The notes under the pieces were generated by a model. It was not told where the DNA came from, did no database searches, and was given only the letters and a program-made list of their open reading frames with translations. Source: Octopus sinensis (lineage: Eukaryota). From it: a DNA stretch of 52,280 nt. Every line of letters starts with the position of its first letter. Position 1 is the first letter of the stretch. Where the stretch lies: assembly GCF_006345805.1 (NCBI RefSeq), contig NW_021833970.1:1-52280 (forward strand). The letters are read 5' to 3'. A program made the position numbers and the translations under genes. Shown piece by piece: positions 36,233-47,645 of the stretch.

Positions 36233-36411
36233 CTCTTCGATGGGAAGATCGCTCCAGAAATCGAGAATAGGATTTCGGAAGAAGTTAGGACAAAAGGTAT
36301 CGACGCATTTCTCTACTTCCCAGGTTGAAGGACTTCCTATATTCATAAATGATTCATAGACTTTCGAACCAGCTCCCATTGATAGGGCATATGCTTTGAT
36401 CCATTGACTGT
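36233..36411 (-). pseudogene. Paralogue D exon 2
   Basis: tttcag|AC AGT CAA...GAG|gtacgt, 179 bp, open. Encodes SQWIKAYALSMGAGSKVYESFMNIGSPSTWEVEKCVDTFCPNFFRNPILDFWSDLPIEE. Confidence 0.85.
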
Positions 36412-36414
36412 CTG

Positions 36415-36415
36415 A

Positions 36416-36477
<62 letters not shown>

Positions 36478-36668
36478 GAATAATGATGATGATCATAATA
36501 ACAATAATAATAATAATCATACTAATAATAATGATGATGAAAATAATAATAATAATAATAATAACAACAACAACAATAATAATGATGATATTAATAATAA
36601 TAATAATAAGAAGAAGAATGATGATGATAATAATAATAATAATAATAATAATGATGGTGATGATGATG

Positions 36669-36708
<40 letters not shown>

Positions 36709-36742
36709 GAAGAATAATAATAATGATGATAATAATAGTAAA

Positions 36743-36780
<38 letters not shown>

Positions 36781-36785
36781 TGATG

Positions 36786-36816
<31 letters not shown>

Positions 36817-36893
36817 TGATGATGATAATAATAATAATAATATTGATGATGATAATAATAATAATAATGATAACAATAATAAAGATGATGATG

Positions 36894-36931
<38 letters not shown>

Positions 36932-37126
36932 CATAATAACAATAATGATGATGATAATAATAATAATAATAACAATAACAACAACAACAATAATAATAAT
37001 AATAATTATGATGATGATAATAATAGAAATAATAATAATGATGATGATAATAATAATAATAATAATAGTGATGATGATAATAATAATTAAAAATAAAAAA
37101 TAATAATAATAATAATAATAAGGATG

Positions 37127-37157
<31 letters not shown>

Positions 37158-37159
37158 TG

Positions 37160-37190
<31 letters not shown>

Positions 37191-37281
37191 TGGAGATGAT
37201 AATAATAATAATAATGATAATAATGATGATAATATTAATAATAATAATAATAATAATAATGATAATAATAATGATGATAAT

Positions 37282-37328
<47 letters not shown>

Positions 37329-37351
37329 GAATAATAATGATGATAATAATG

Positions 37352-37433
<82 letters not shown>

Positions 37434-37465
37434 TATTAATGATAATAATAATAATAATAATAAAA
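36415..37465. repeat. (AAT/GAT)n microsatellite abutting the D exon-2 acceptor
   Basis: Seen directly. Confidence 0.95.
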
Positions 37466-37479
37466 AGTAATGCTCATTA

Positions 37480-40400
37480 AAATTTATTTTCGAAACGAAA
37501 TGATGTATTTTGACTCGATATCATCTCCACCTCTAACACAACACATGTAAACATGCGTGTTACATTACGATCCATCCACACCAGATCATCCCCGACCCCA
37601 AACACCATGTACAAAGGAACTACGAAGAAATTAAATACCACCGATATTATTCAACCCAAAAATAACAATCGGGAGGTACGTACCTTAAGCTTACAACACA
37701 AAATGTACGAAAAACTACACGTGCAAAACAATGTGACAACAGAAATGAACGGACCGGTACCCTACGAAAATGACGACCGTCAAAATAATGGGCCGGACGT
37801 TGTTCCTCATGTCCCGCAGATAAAACCCAAAAGACATAAATGGACACGTAAGGAATACATTTCTATCCTACACGCATACTTCACAGCAGTGCTCTACCCC
37901 AAAAATGTAAAACACAACAACACATACATATAAAATATGGAAGAAAAATAACATAAATATAGACTTGGATACAGCAATGAACCCTAATAAAATAGCTAAC
38001 GTACGAAGATACATTCTCAAAAAAAAAAAATCAGAAATAGAAATAGAACATCTAAAAGAAAAAAATACACCAGGAAAATGTAGATAGAAGCCACACAGCG
38101 ATGCCCATTAATATAACACTGAAACAATAAAACACGATGACAAACGTAACATTCCCAACAAAAACGATATAAATAAAAACAACAAACCCAGACCGTAAAA
38201 ATCCATAATAATACACGACAAACAGCAAGCCAAAACACGACAAACAAACATATAAATAAGAAAGAAAGCGACACAAATCTAAAACCTAGAGACAACAAGG
38301 GGGAGCCTAATGATTATGATAATATAAAAAGTAAAATAATCAAAGAACTGAAAACCACAGAGCTCAAAATGGACCACCGACCATATCTCCCAAAAATCAA
38401 AATATACGAAACAACAACACCAATTATAAACAGCATAAACCTAGCCTTCACTGAACTAATAGCCACTGAAACAAAAAGCGATATCACTAAGCTAAATTAC
38501 TTAGTTTACGCAGCAGCCACTGCATCCACAAAAGAAGCTGGATACTCACTCAAACCCATCCAAACAGGAGTACCACAACCCAAACAAACCCTGTGGATAA
38601 ATAACATCCAAAACAAAATACAAAAAATGAGAAAAGATCTGTCGATTCTTAATGAAATCAGTAGACAATCAACGCTACTGAGCAACAAAAGAAAACAAAA
38701 ATACTCCGCAAATATAACATCACAGAAAAAGATTTACCTGAGATAAAAGAAAAGCTGAAGCAAGATATCCTTGCCAAAGCACAAAGGATCCGCCGGTACG
38801 AGAAACGCCAGCGCTTCTTTGAACAAGACAAAAAGTTCAACTCCAACCACAAAAAGTTCTACCAAGTACTTGGCAAAAATAAAAATAAAATAGAAATCAC
38901 TGCAGCACCAACGGCAGAAGAAGTGGAAGAATTCTGGAGAGAAATATGGTCGACGAACGAACAACAAAAAGAAGAAGTATCAAACAACAAACTCAGCATC
39001 TGAGCAACTTTGGACCCCCATAACAACTGAAGAGGTCACCCAGGCACTGCAAAGACTAAGCAACTGGAAGGCACCTGGGCATGACAAGATCCCCAACTTC
39101 TGGTTGAAATATCTAACAGGAATGCACAAAAAGCTGGCTGAAAACTTTAACAGCATGCTAGCAGAGCCAGAGACAATGCCTGAATGGCTCACGAAGGGGA
39201 AAACCATCTTAATTCCCAAATCAAATGAGACAGCAAAACCAGAAAACTACAGACCAATAACCTGTCTCCCTACAATATAGAAGGCACTTACTGCAGTGAT
39301 ATCGCAAAGGTTAAACAAGCACTTGGACGAAAACAGCCTGTTTCCAGAAGAGCAGATATGATGCCGCAAAGGCTTATATGGCTGTAAAGATCGACTAATG
39401 ATTAATAAAGCCATAACTAAAGACAGCCACAGAAAGAAGAAAGGCCTCAGTATGGCCTGGATCGATTACAAAAAGGCGTTTGATAGCATCCCCCACACAT
39501 GGATCCTCGAAACACTAGCCATTAACAAAGTAGCACCAACCCTTATAAAATTCACAGGGCACTCTATGAATAAATGGCAAACCGTACTACAGCTCCAAAC
39601 AAAAGAGGGACTCATGAAAACCAAAGCTATCACCATTAGAAGAGGTATATTCCAGGGAGACACTCTCTCTCCACTCCTTTTCTGCTTGGCACTGTCACCT
39701 CTATCTGATATGCTAAATAGAATTGGATGCGGATATAAATGTTACGGCAAAACGATCAGCCACCTTTTATATATGGATGACCTAAAACTATACGCTGCAA
39801 ATGACAAACAGCTGGAAACACTATTAAAGACAGTTCATGGATTTACCAAAGAAATAGAAATGAAATTTGGATTAGAAAAATGCGCCAAAGTAACCATGAA
39901 AAGAGGAAAACTAGTTAAGAGTAGCAACATCACACTAGATAAAACCAATGAAATAAAAGAATTAGACCAAAGCCAAACTTACAAATACTTAGGAATCCAT
40001 GAACTAGATAAGACACAACACACACAAATGAAAGAGAAAATAAAAAAAGAATATTATAGACGAGTTAGATCAATACTAAAAACAGAGCTCAATGCTAAAA
40101 ACAAGATAATAGGTATTAACACTTTAGCTGTCCCAGTTATAAGTTACAGCTACAATATCCTTAACTGGACACTAAATGAACTGACCAAAATAGATAGGAA
40201 AACAAGAAAAATAATGACAGGGTCTAGGATGCATCACCCAAAATCTTACATAGAAAGACAATATATATACAACGTATAGAAGGTGGTAGAGGCCTTATAC
40301 AACTGGATAACTACTATAAAATAACCACCATAGGACTTCAAAAATATCTACTTCAGAAGGAAGGGAAAACTGATACACATAACGGCAAAACACGAGCAAA

Positions 40401-41296
40401 ACAAAAAACTGTTCTCAGTATTTAAGGAAGCTGACATATACAAAGAAGAAATCATACCACCTAACAAATATGAAGAAGAAGAAGAAGAAGAAGAAGAAGA
40501 AGAAGAAGAAGAAGAAGAAGAAGAAGAAGAAGAAGAAGAAGAAGAAGAAGAAGAAGAAGAAAATGAAGAAACAACAAAAGCTATAAAACAAATGAAATCC
40601 AAACTAAAAACAGAACAGCAACGAACCATGATAAAACGATGGCAAGAAAAGCCCCTTCATGGTAAATACTGGACTAAACTAAACGCAAAAGAAATAGACA
40701 AAGAAAAATCCCAGCAATGGTTGAGAAGCTCAGTACTCAAAAGAGAGACAGAGGGATTTTTAATTGCAGCACAAGACCAAAAGTTGGTGTAGGCACACAC
40801 CAGAAAAGGTCACAGAAAACGAGAAAGCAACCATACTCTGGGATATGCCGATACACACAGATAGAGAAATTAAGGCCAACAGACCAGATATAGTTGTCAG
40901 AGATCATGAAGAAAAAAAATGCTTTCTAATTGATGTATCAATACCGGCAGATGACAACGTGTCTCTAAAAGAAATGGAGAAACTTTCAATATACAAATAC
41001 CTGGAAATAGAGGTAACCAGAATGTGGAATCTAAAAACAGAAACAATTCCTATCATAGTATGTGCATTAGGTATGATAAAAAAATATTCAGACATATACA
41101 TAACAAAAATGCCAGGACTTACAAACACATATAACATACAGAAAATTGCACTACTAGGCACTGCACACATCCTACCCAGAACGCTTTCCATACAATAACC
41201 ATCAGAGCATCACAACAAATCACAGCACATACCTAAGGCACACAGAGCTGCGCTCGGTAGTGAAGTGAAAGCACGCTATAAAAATAAAACTACTGA
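37480..41296 (+). mobile_element. Near full-length Dong/R4-clade non-LTR retrotransposon (frameshifted)
   Basis: N-terminal KRHKWTRKEY; RT motifs WIDYKKAFDSIPH, GIFQGDTLSPLLF, HLLYMDDLKLYA; endonuclease ILWDMPIHTDREIKANRPDIVV...IDVSIP; (TAA)n on both sides. Confidence 0.92.
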
Positions 41297-41427
41297 ATAA
41301 TAATATAATAATAATAATAATAATGATAATAATGATAATAATGATAATAATGATAACAATGATAAAAATAATAATAATAATGATGATGATGATAATAATA
41401 ATAATAATAATAAAAATCATGATGATG

Positions 41428-41466
<39 letters not shown>

Positions 41467-41577
41467 GTAATGATAATAATAATAATAATAATGATGATGA
41501 TGATGATAATAATAATAATAATAATGTTGATGATGAAAATGATAATAATGATAATAATAATAATAATAATGATAAAT

Positions 41578-41609
<32 letters not shown>

Positions 41610-41613
41610 AATA

Positions 41614-41644
<31 letters not shown>

Positions 41645-41724
41645 TGATAATAATAATAATGTTAATAATAATAATAATAATAATAATGATGATGATGATG
41701 ATGATAATAATAATGATAATGATA

Positions 41725-41760
<36 letters not shown>

Positions 41761-41765
41761 TAAAT

Positions 41766-41797
<32 letters not shown>

Positions 41798-41807
41798 AAT
41801 GATTATG

Positions 41808-41852
<45 letters not shown>

Positions 41853-41914
41853 TTAATAATAATAATAATAATAATAATAATGATGATGATGATGATAATA
41901 ATAATAATAATATC

Positions 41915-41945
<31 letters not shown>

Positions 41946-42080
41946 TTAATAATAATATTAATAGTAATAATGATAATAATAATAATAATATCATAGTAAT
42001 AATAATAATAACGATGATGATGATGATGAGATGATGATGATGATGACAATAATAATAATAATAATGATAATAATAATAAT

Positions 42081-42114
<34 letters not shown>

Positions 42115-42210
42115 TTAATAACAATAATAATAATAATATTAATTCGCACGGTAGCGAAGTGAAAGCACACTATAAAAATAAAATTACTGAATAATAATAA
42201 TAATAATAAT
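41297..42210. repeat. (AAT/GAT)n microsatellite containing a ~50-bp Dong 3'-end at ~42143-42192
   Basis: Seen directly; GAAGTGAAAGCAC(A/G)CTATAAAAATAAA matches the 3' end at 41261-41290. Confidence 0.9.
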
Positions 42211-44531
42211 GGATCCTAGAAATAGTAGCCATGAACAAAATAGCGCCTATAATCATAAAATATAGAAAATATTCCATGAATAAATGGTAGACAGTGCCAC
42301 AACTCCAGGCAAAAGAGGGACTCATAAAACCCAAAGCCATCCCTATTTGAAGAGGAATATTCGAGGCGCAGGTGTGGCTGTGTGGTTAGTAGCTTGCTAA
42401 CCAGCCACATGGTTCCGGGTTCAGTGTCACTGCGTGGCATCTTGGACAAGTGTCTTCTGCTATAGCCCCGGGCCGACCAATGCTTTGTGAATGGATTTGG
42501 TAGATGGAAACTGAAAGAAGCCCGTCGCATATATGTATATATATATATATATGTGTGTGTGTATGTGTTTGTGTGTCTGTGTTTGTCCCCCTAGCGTTGC
42601 TTGACGAATTGTGCTGGTGTGTTTACGTCCCCGTCACTTAGCGGTTCGGCAAAAGAGACCGATAGAAGAAGTACTGGGCTTACAAAGAATAAGTCCCGGG
42701 GTCGAGTTGCTCGACTAAAGGCGGTGCTCCAGCATGGCCGCAGTCAAATTACTGAAACAAGTAAAAGAGTAAATAGAGTAGACACACTCTCTCCCCTCTT
42801 TTTCTGCTAGCTAATGATAACTTTATTCGACATGCTAAACAAAACTGGATGTGGATACAATTGTTACCGCAAAACAATCAGCCGTCTCTTATATACGGGT
42901 ATTCTAAAACTGTACGCTACAAATGATAAGCAGCTGGAAACATTACTACAGAATGTACATGGAATTACCAAAGAAATAAACATGAAATTTTGCTTACAAA
43001 AATGTGCTAAAGCCACCTTGAAACGAGGAAGACTAGTTAAGAGTAGCAACATCAGACTAGATACAGCAAAGGAAATAAGAAAATCAGACAAAATCCAGAC
43101 ATACAGATATTTAGGAATCAATGAACTACACTTGCGTCGGAAATTAATTAGCACTTCTGAAATTTCTACATTTTCTTACATTTTCTTAATTTAATTAACT
43201 TATTATCAGAAACGAACTCGTTTTTAATCAAAAATTTATTAAAACATATCCCAGCACACCACATAATTGTTATTAATCGTGAAATTTAGTCAATATCTTG
43301 TTGCTCCTCCTTTGACAGCAATGACAGCTGCTACGCGGGTCGGCATGCTGTCTATGAGTGCCTGCAGGTACTGTGCAGGGATGGACCCCCATGCAGCAAG
43401 AAGTGCCCCAAACAGCTCGTGTCGGTTCCTGTATTGTTGCACATTCAAATCCCTACCCAATCGACTCCAGAGGTTCTTAATAGGGTTCAGGTCAGGTGAC
43501 TGGCCAGGCCAGTCCATGACCGTCACCCCATGGTCCTTGAAGAAACCGGTTGTGAGCTTGGCTGTGTGGGAAGGCGCGTTGTCCTGCTGGAGCACGTACT
43601 CCTCGCCACCAAAGAGGTATCCCGTACTATCTCAACGTACTTTGCTGCGTTGATGTTGCCTTCGACGGCATAGAGCCGCCCAACACCACTGTAGCTGAAC
43701 GCCCCTCACACCATCAGACTACCCCCACCATGCTTCATGGTGGGAGCAATGCAGTCTTTGTTGAAGCGTTCACCCCTGCGGCGTCGCACATGGACAGTCT
43801 TGTCACTGACGAGACTGAATCGCGACTCGTCAGTGAACATCACTGTCCGCCACTGCTGCACGGTCCATGTCTTGTGGGCACGGGCCCAGAGCAGCCGCCT
43901 CTTCCGGTTTTGGGCTGTAAGGAGCGGCTTACGGGTGGCCCTACAGCTTCCAGTAATCTGGTCTTGACGGTGGTTGTAGACAACTGCTTCCCTGTCATCT
44001 TTTGCATCTCCTCCGCCAGTTGCCGGCTCGTTGCCCTTCGGTTGTACAGTGACTTTCGGATCAGCATCCGGTCCTCCCGCTGGGTCGTCAGCCTCTTCCG
44101 TCCCCTACCCTTTTTGTCAGCTGCTGATCCGGTTTCCTCGTATTTCTTAAATAAGCACTGAGATGAGAAAACTTAGTACGGTGTGATTTCGGTCCTTGCG
44201 AGGCGCTACCTATATCTATTAAACAAAGGAAGATTTGTCTGCATCCGCACTCCAAGTTGTTGTTGCACTGCTATGTCAACATCATTAGGCTGTAGACTCT
44301 CAAACTGCTCTGCAAACAAAGTTACGTCATCGTTCTGCGCAACAGTGAACTCGCAACAAAGCAATAGTTCGAGATATGGCCACTAGGTGACAGCAAATAC
44401 CTTGAGTGAAGAGCAAATCAAGGGTGCTAATTAATTTCTGACGGTAGTGTAGATACGATACAATACGCACAAATGAAAGAGAACATAAGAAAAGAATACT
44501 ATAGATGAGTTAGATTATTACTGAAAACAGA
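42210..44531 (+). mobile_element. Old Dong/R4-like RT fragment split by a SINE (42365-42780) and a Tc1 element
   Basis: RT-like sequence at 42210-42364, 42781-43128 and 44450-44531 is collinear with 39499-40090. Confidence 0.8.
43129..44449 (-). mobile_element. Tc1-like DNA transposon, 1321 bp, defective transposase
   Basis: TA duplication at 43127-43128 and 44450-44451; imperfect TIRs CACT..CGTC.GAAATTAATTAGCAC; QQDNAPSHTA...WPGQSPDLNPIKNLW. Confidence 0.92.
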
Positions 44532-44649
44532 TGAGGTTCGATTCATATGAAACAGAAAGTGAACACAATGAAATACTTATAGAAAATGTTCAAGTGATAG
44601 CACAGGACGAACGTGATGTACGCGTTAGCTAACTCTGCACGACCTGTCA

Positions 44650-45570
44650 TAGATAGCTTTCCCTCAGCCCATTTCTGGGTGACAGTAGTGATCCTGCCCG
44701 TTTCCTCGTCCTAGTTTTGGTCCATCTGGGGGTCTGGAAGAAACCAGACAACAACCAGTTTAACCGGTTCGTTCATCCGGGGCCCAATCATGCTGATGGA
44801 CAGCATGGACTTGTTTCTGCAGGTGCCAATCCGCAAGCCCATTGATTTTTACTGATTAATCATCGCCCCTGAAACCACCTGGTTGTCCCTGAAAGTGGTG
44901 CCGATCATTTCTATATATTCATGATCCGACACCACCAAGATGACGTCATTGGCATATGCCGACATGCATCTCCCACATCCTAGGGCACGCAGAATACAAC
45001 TCAACGCCTCCAGATTGTGTAGTAATGGCTCGAGAAGTAGTACATACAAGAGAGACGGGAGAGGTCAACCATGCCTAATCAGGCGCATGATGTTGAACGG
45101 TTCTGAGAGGTGACCGCTCACTCTGACCACTGAACAGATGTGAACTGCGGCAATCCAGCCCTTGAACACAGGCTCGAAACCAACTGCCCTGAAGACGGTC
45201 GCCCGGTATAAATGGTCGACCCTATCAAAAGCGTGTATGTACGGACTCTTAAGCCATTAATACCCACTCTGGAAGCGTTGACATGCATCACGCGTAACCT
45301 AGGTTGTGGGAGATACGTGTCGGCATATGCCAACGACATCACCGTAAAGGTTTCGGATCATAAGCACATAGAAATTGATCAGGGATCCACCCGTGCCAGT
45401 CTCTCTAGCCACTTTCTCAAAGATATATCGCATGAGGTGGAGGTTGTCGGAGATGGATCTGTTCGGGATGGCGCATATCTTTGCCTCTACTACCAGATCA
45501 CCGACGACGACGGCCAAACTCGTAGCTACTACTTTGTGCAAAATTTTGAAATCTGCATTTATATAAGCTA
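44650..45570 (-). mobile_element. Tx1/L1-like LINE RT fragment with an inverted internal insert
   Basis: AIPNRSISDNLHLMRYIFEKV, FDRVDH, LYVLLLEPLL and SAYANDV motifs. Confidence 0.75.
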
Positions 45571-45790
45571 CCTTATCTATGTGCTGCTTATATGGCAAAT
45601 TAAATGACTAAAAGTAGCTTGAATACCAACAGCATGGTTCCGGGTTCAGTACCACAGCGTGGCACCTTGGGAAAATCTCTTCTACTATAGCCTCGGACCA
45701 ACCAACTCCTTGTGAGTGGATTTCATAGACGTAACCTGAAAGAAGCCCGTCGTATGTAGAAATATATATATATATGCGTGTGTGGGGGAG

Positions 45791-45821
<31 letters not shown>

Positions 45822-46193
45822 CTTTGTCCCCCACCATCGCTTGACGAACTTGAGGTTCGGCAAAAAGAGACCGATAGAATATGTACTAGGCTGAAAGACA
45901 ATAAATCCAGGGGGCGATTTGTTCGACTAAAGGCGGAGCTCCAGCATGGCCGCAGTCAAATGACTGAAACAAATAAAAAAAGAATAAAAGAATAAATAGG
46001 CTTCACTTACTTCAATAGAAGGAACAACAAAGATAATATTGATCTCAATTTTTGGCACAAGGCCAGCAATTACATGAGGAGAAGAGTTAGTCAATTTCAT
46101 TGACTCCACTTTTCATCTGGTAATTATATCTACTCGGAGGAAGAATCAATAATAAATAGTAATAGTAATTATAACAAAAAAAGTTTCACTTAC

Positions 46194-46521
46194 TTTTATA
46201 GAATGAAATCTCGTTGGTGTCATTCGTGCTGACGATTGCCATTATATTCTTCGGTGAGTAATTCTTACAAACACGACTCACTTTGTTGTAAGTAAAGAAT
46301 TCTGATTGGCTGCTTAGAGCGAGGCCGGCACATTCCAGCAGACTTCGTGTTGAATAGGATATTTCCGATGGTGATGACTGAAGGTAACCATAAGAGTAGC
46401 CAAGAGGCAAACGTTCGTAGCTTGCTTCACGTTCCTGATCTGAGCTAACAACCAGAATGGTTGCAAGAGTTAACAGAAGCACTGTTATCACAGCAGGATG
46501 GGTAAAAGGAAACCGGGACAT
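46194..46521 (-). pseudogene. Paralogue D exon 1: signal peptide + PAN/apple-like domain (3'-truncated copy)
   Basis: MSRFPFTHPAVITVLLLTLATILVVSS...SFYK A|gtaagt, 328 bp, open. Status depends on exons 3-5, which I did not find. Confidence 0.8.
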
Positions 46522-47229
46522 TCTTGGCTCTATAATTGCTAGAGGGAGAAAGAAAGAGAAAAGAAATTATATGAAAGAGAATGAGAGAGAGAGAGAGAGA
46601 GAGATTCGGCAAAGTGGCGAAAAGAAATTTAATATATAAAGGAAGAAGGGGTAAGAGGGTACGAGTGATGATGGGAAACTGTTAGAGAGTAACAGGGAGA
46701 AATCCTGAAAGAAAAGAGGAAAATAAATTAAGAAATTGAGAAAATGGAAAATTGCTGTGAGATTGTTGTGGGGACGCCCCCTGACGACAAAGTAGGCTAG
46801 CCCAGTACGTAGAGTATAGAGGGAGAAGCCTAGACGTCAGCAGCACAGCTGAGTAGCAATCGGAGAGTCGTAGTAGAACAGAGCAGAGGAGAGTTGTGTA
46901 GAAGGCATCCGAACGTGCGGCATAACAGAGATGCAGAAAGTGTGCATAAGAAAACGGAATAGAAATAAATTACAATTTAGAATAGAAAAATTCAAATAAA
47001 TTAGGGTAATTAGTAATAACGCAGGTCCTGGTTATGATTTTAAACTGCTTCCAGTAGTGAACTCTGGTTGGGGATTTCTAGGGTTTTAATGAGTTTGGAA
47101 TCACTCCTTAGCCACTGATGTTCCTCTGTCTACTCTCATCCAGAATCGAAGTAATCATCAGGATTCAAATAATGGGTTAATTAGCAATTACGTCGATCAT
47201 ATGGCGCTCATTACCCTAGTGTTCGTGGT

Positions 47230-47645
47230 GGTAGTGCGGCAACCCTTCAACATGGGAAAGTGTTCGGGTGTAAACAGTGAGGAAATATATCGGGAACCAG
47301 ATCCTCCGAGGCCGTTCGACTTTGTCTAAAAATTCACAGTTGCAAAACCTGCGACGACGCTGATAAATTGTAACGTTCCTTGCGGTTCCTTTGATGCTAT
47401 TAATAAGGTTGAAATGAGGGACGCATTGCATGGGAAACTGCTTATCCTCCATACCACACTGCTTAGGCTTAGGCCGTATCGAACACACTGTACTAGTGAG
47501 AGAGAACCAGTCAAAGCCCCAGAGAGGAAGGACATTTCATTGCAGTTGAGACAGCATAAAGCAGCCTACAAGTGCGGCTTATGTATCAGAGACTGCCATT
47601 AGCCCATAGGATTGTTCAGACACAAACGACAATGTTCCGATAGGG
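47230..47645 (+). mobile_element. Decayed RTE-like LINE 3' fragment upstream of D
   Basis: YKCGLCIRDCH*PIGLFRHKRQC resembles the RTE C-terminal zinc finger. Confidence 0.65.
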
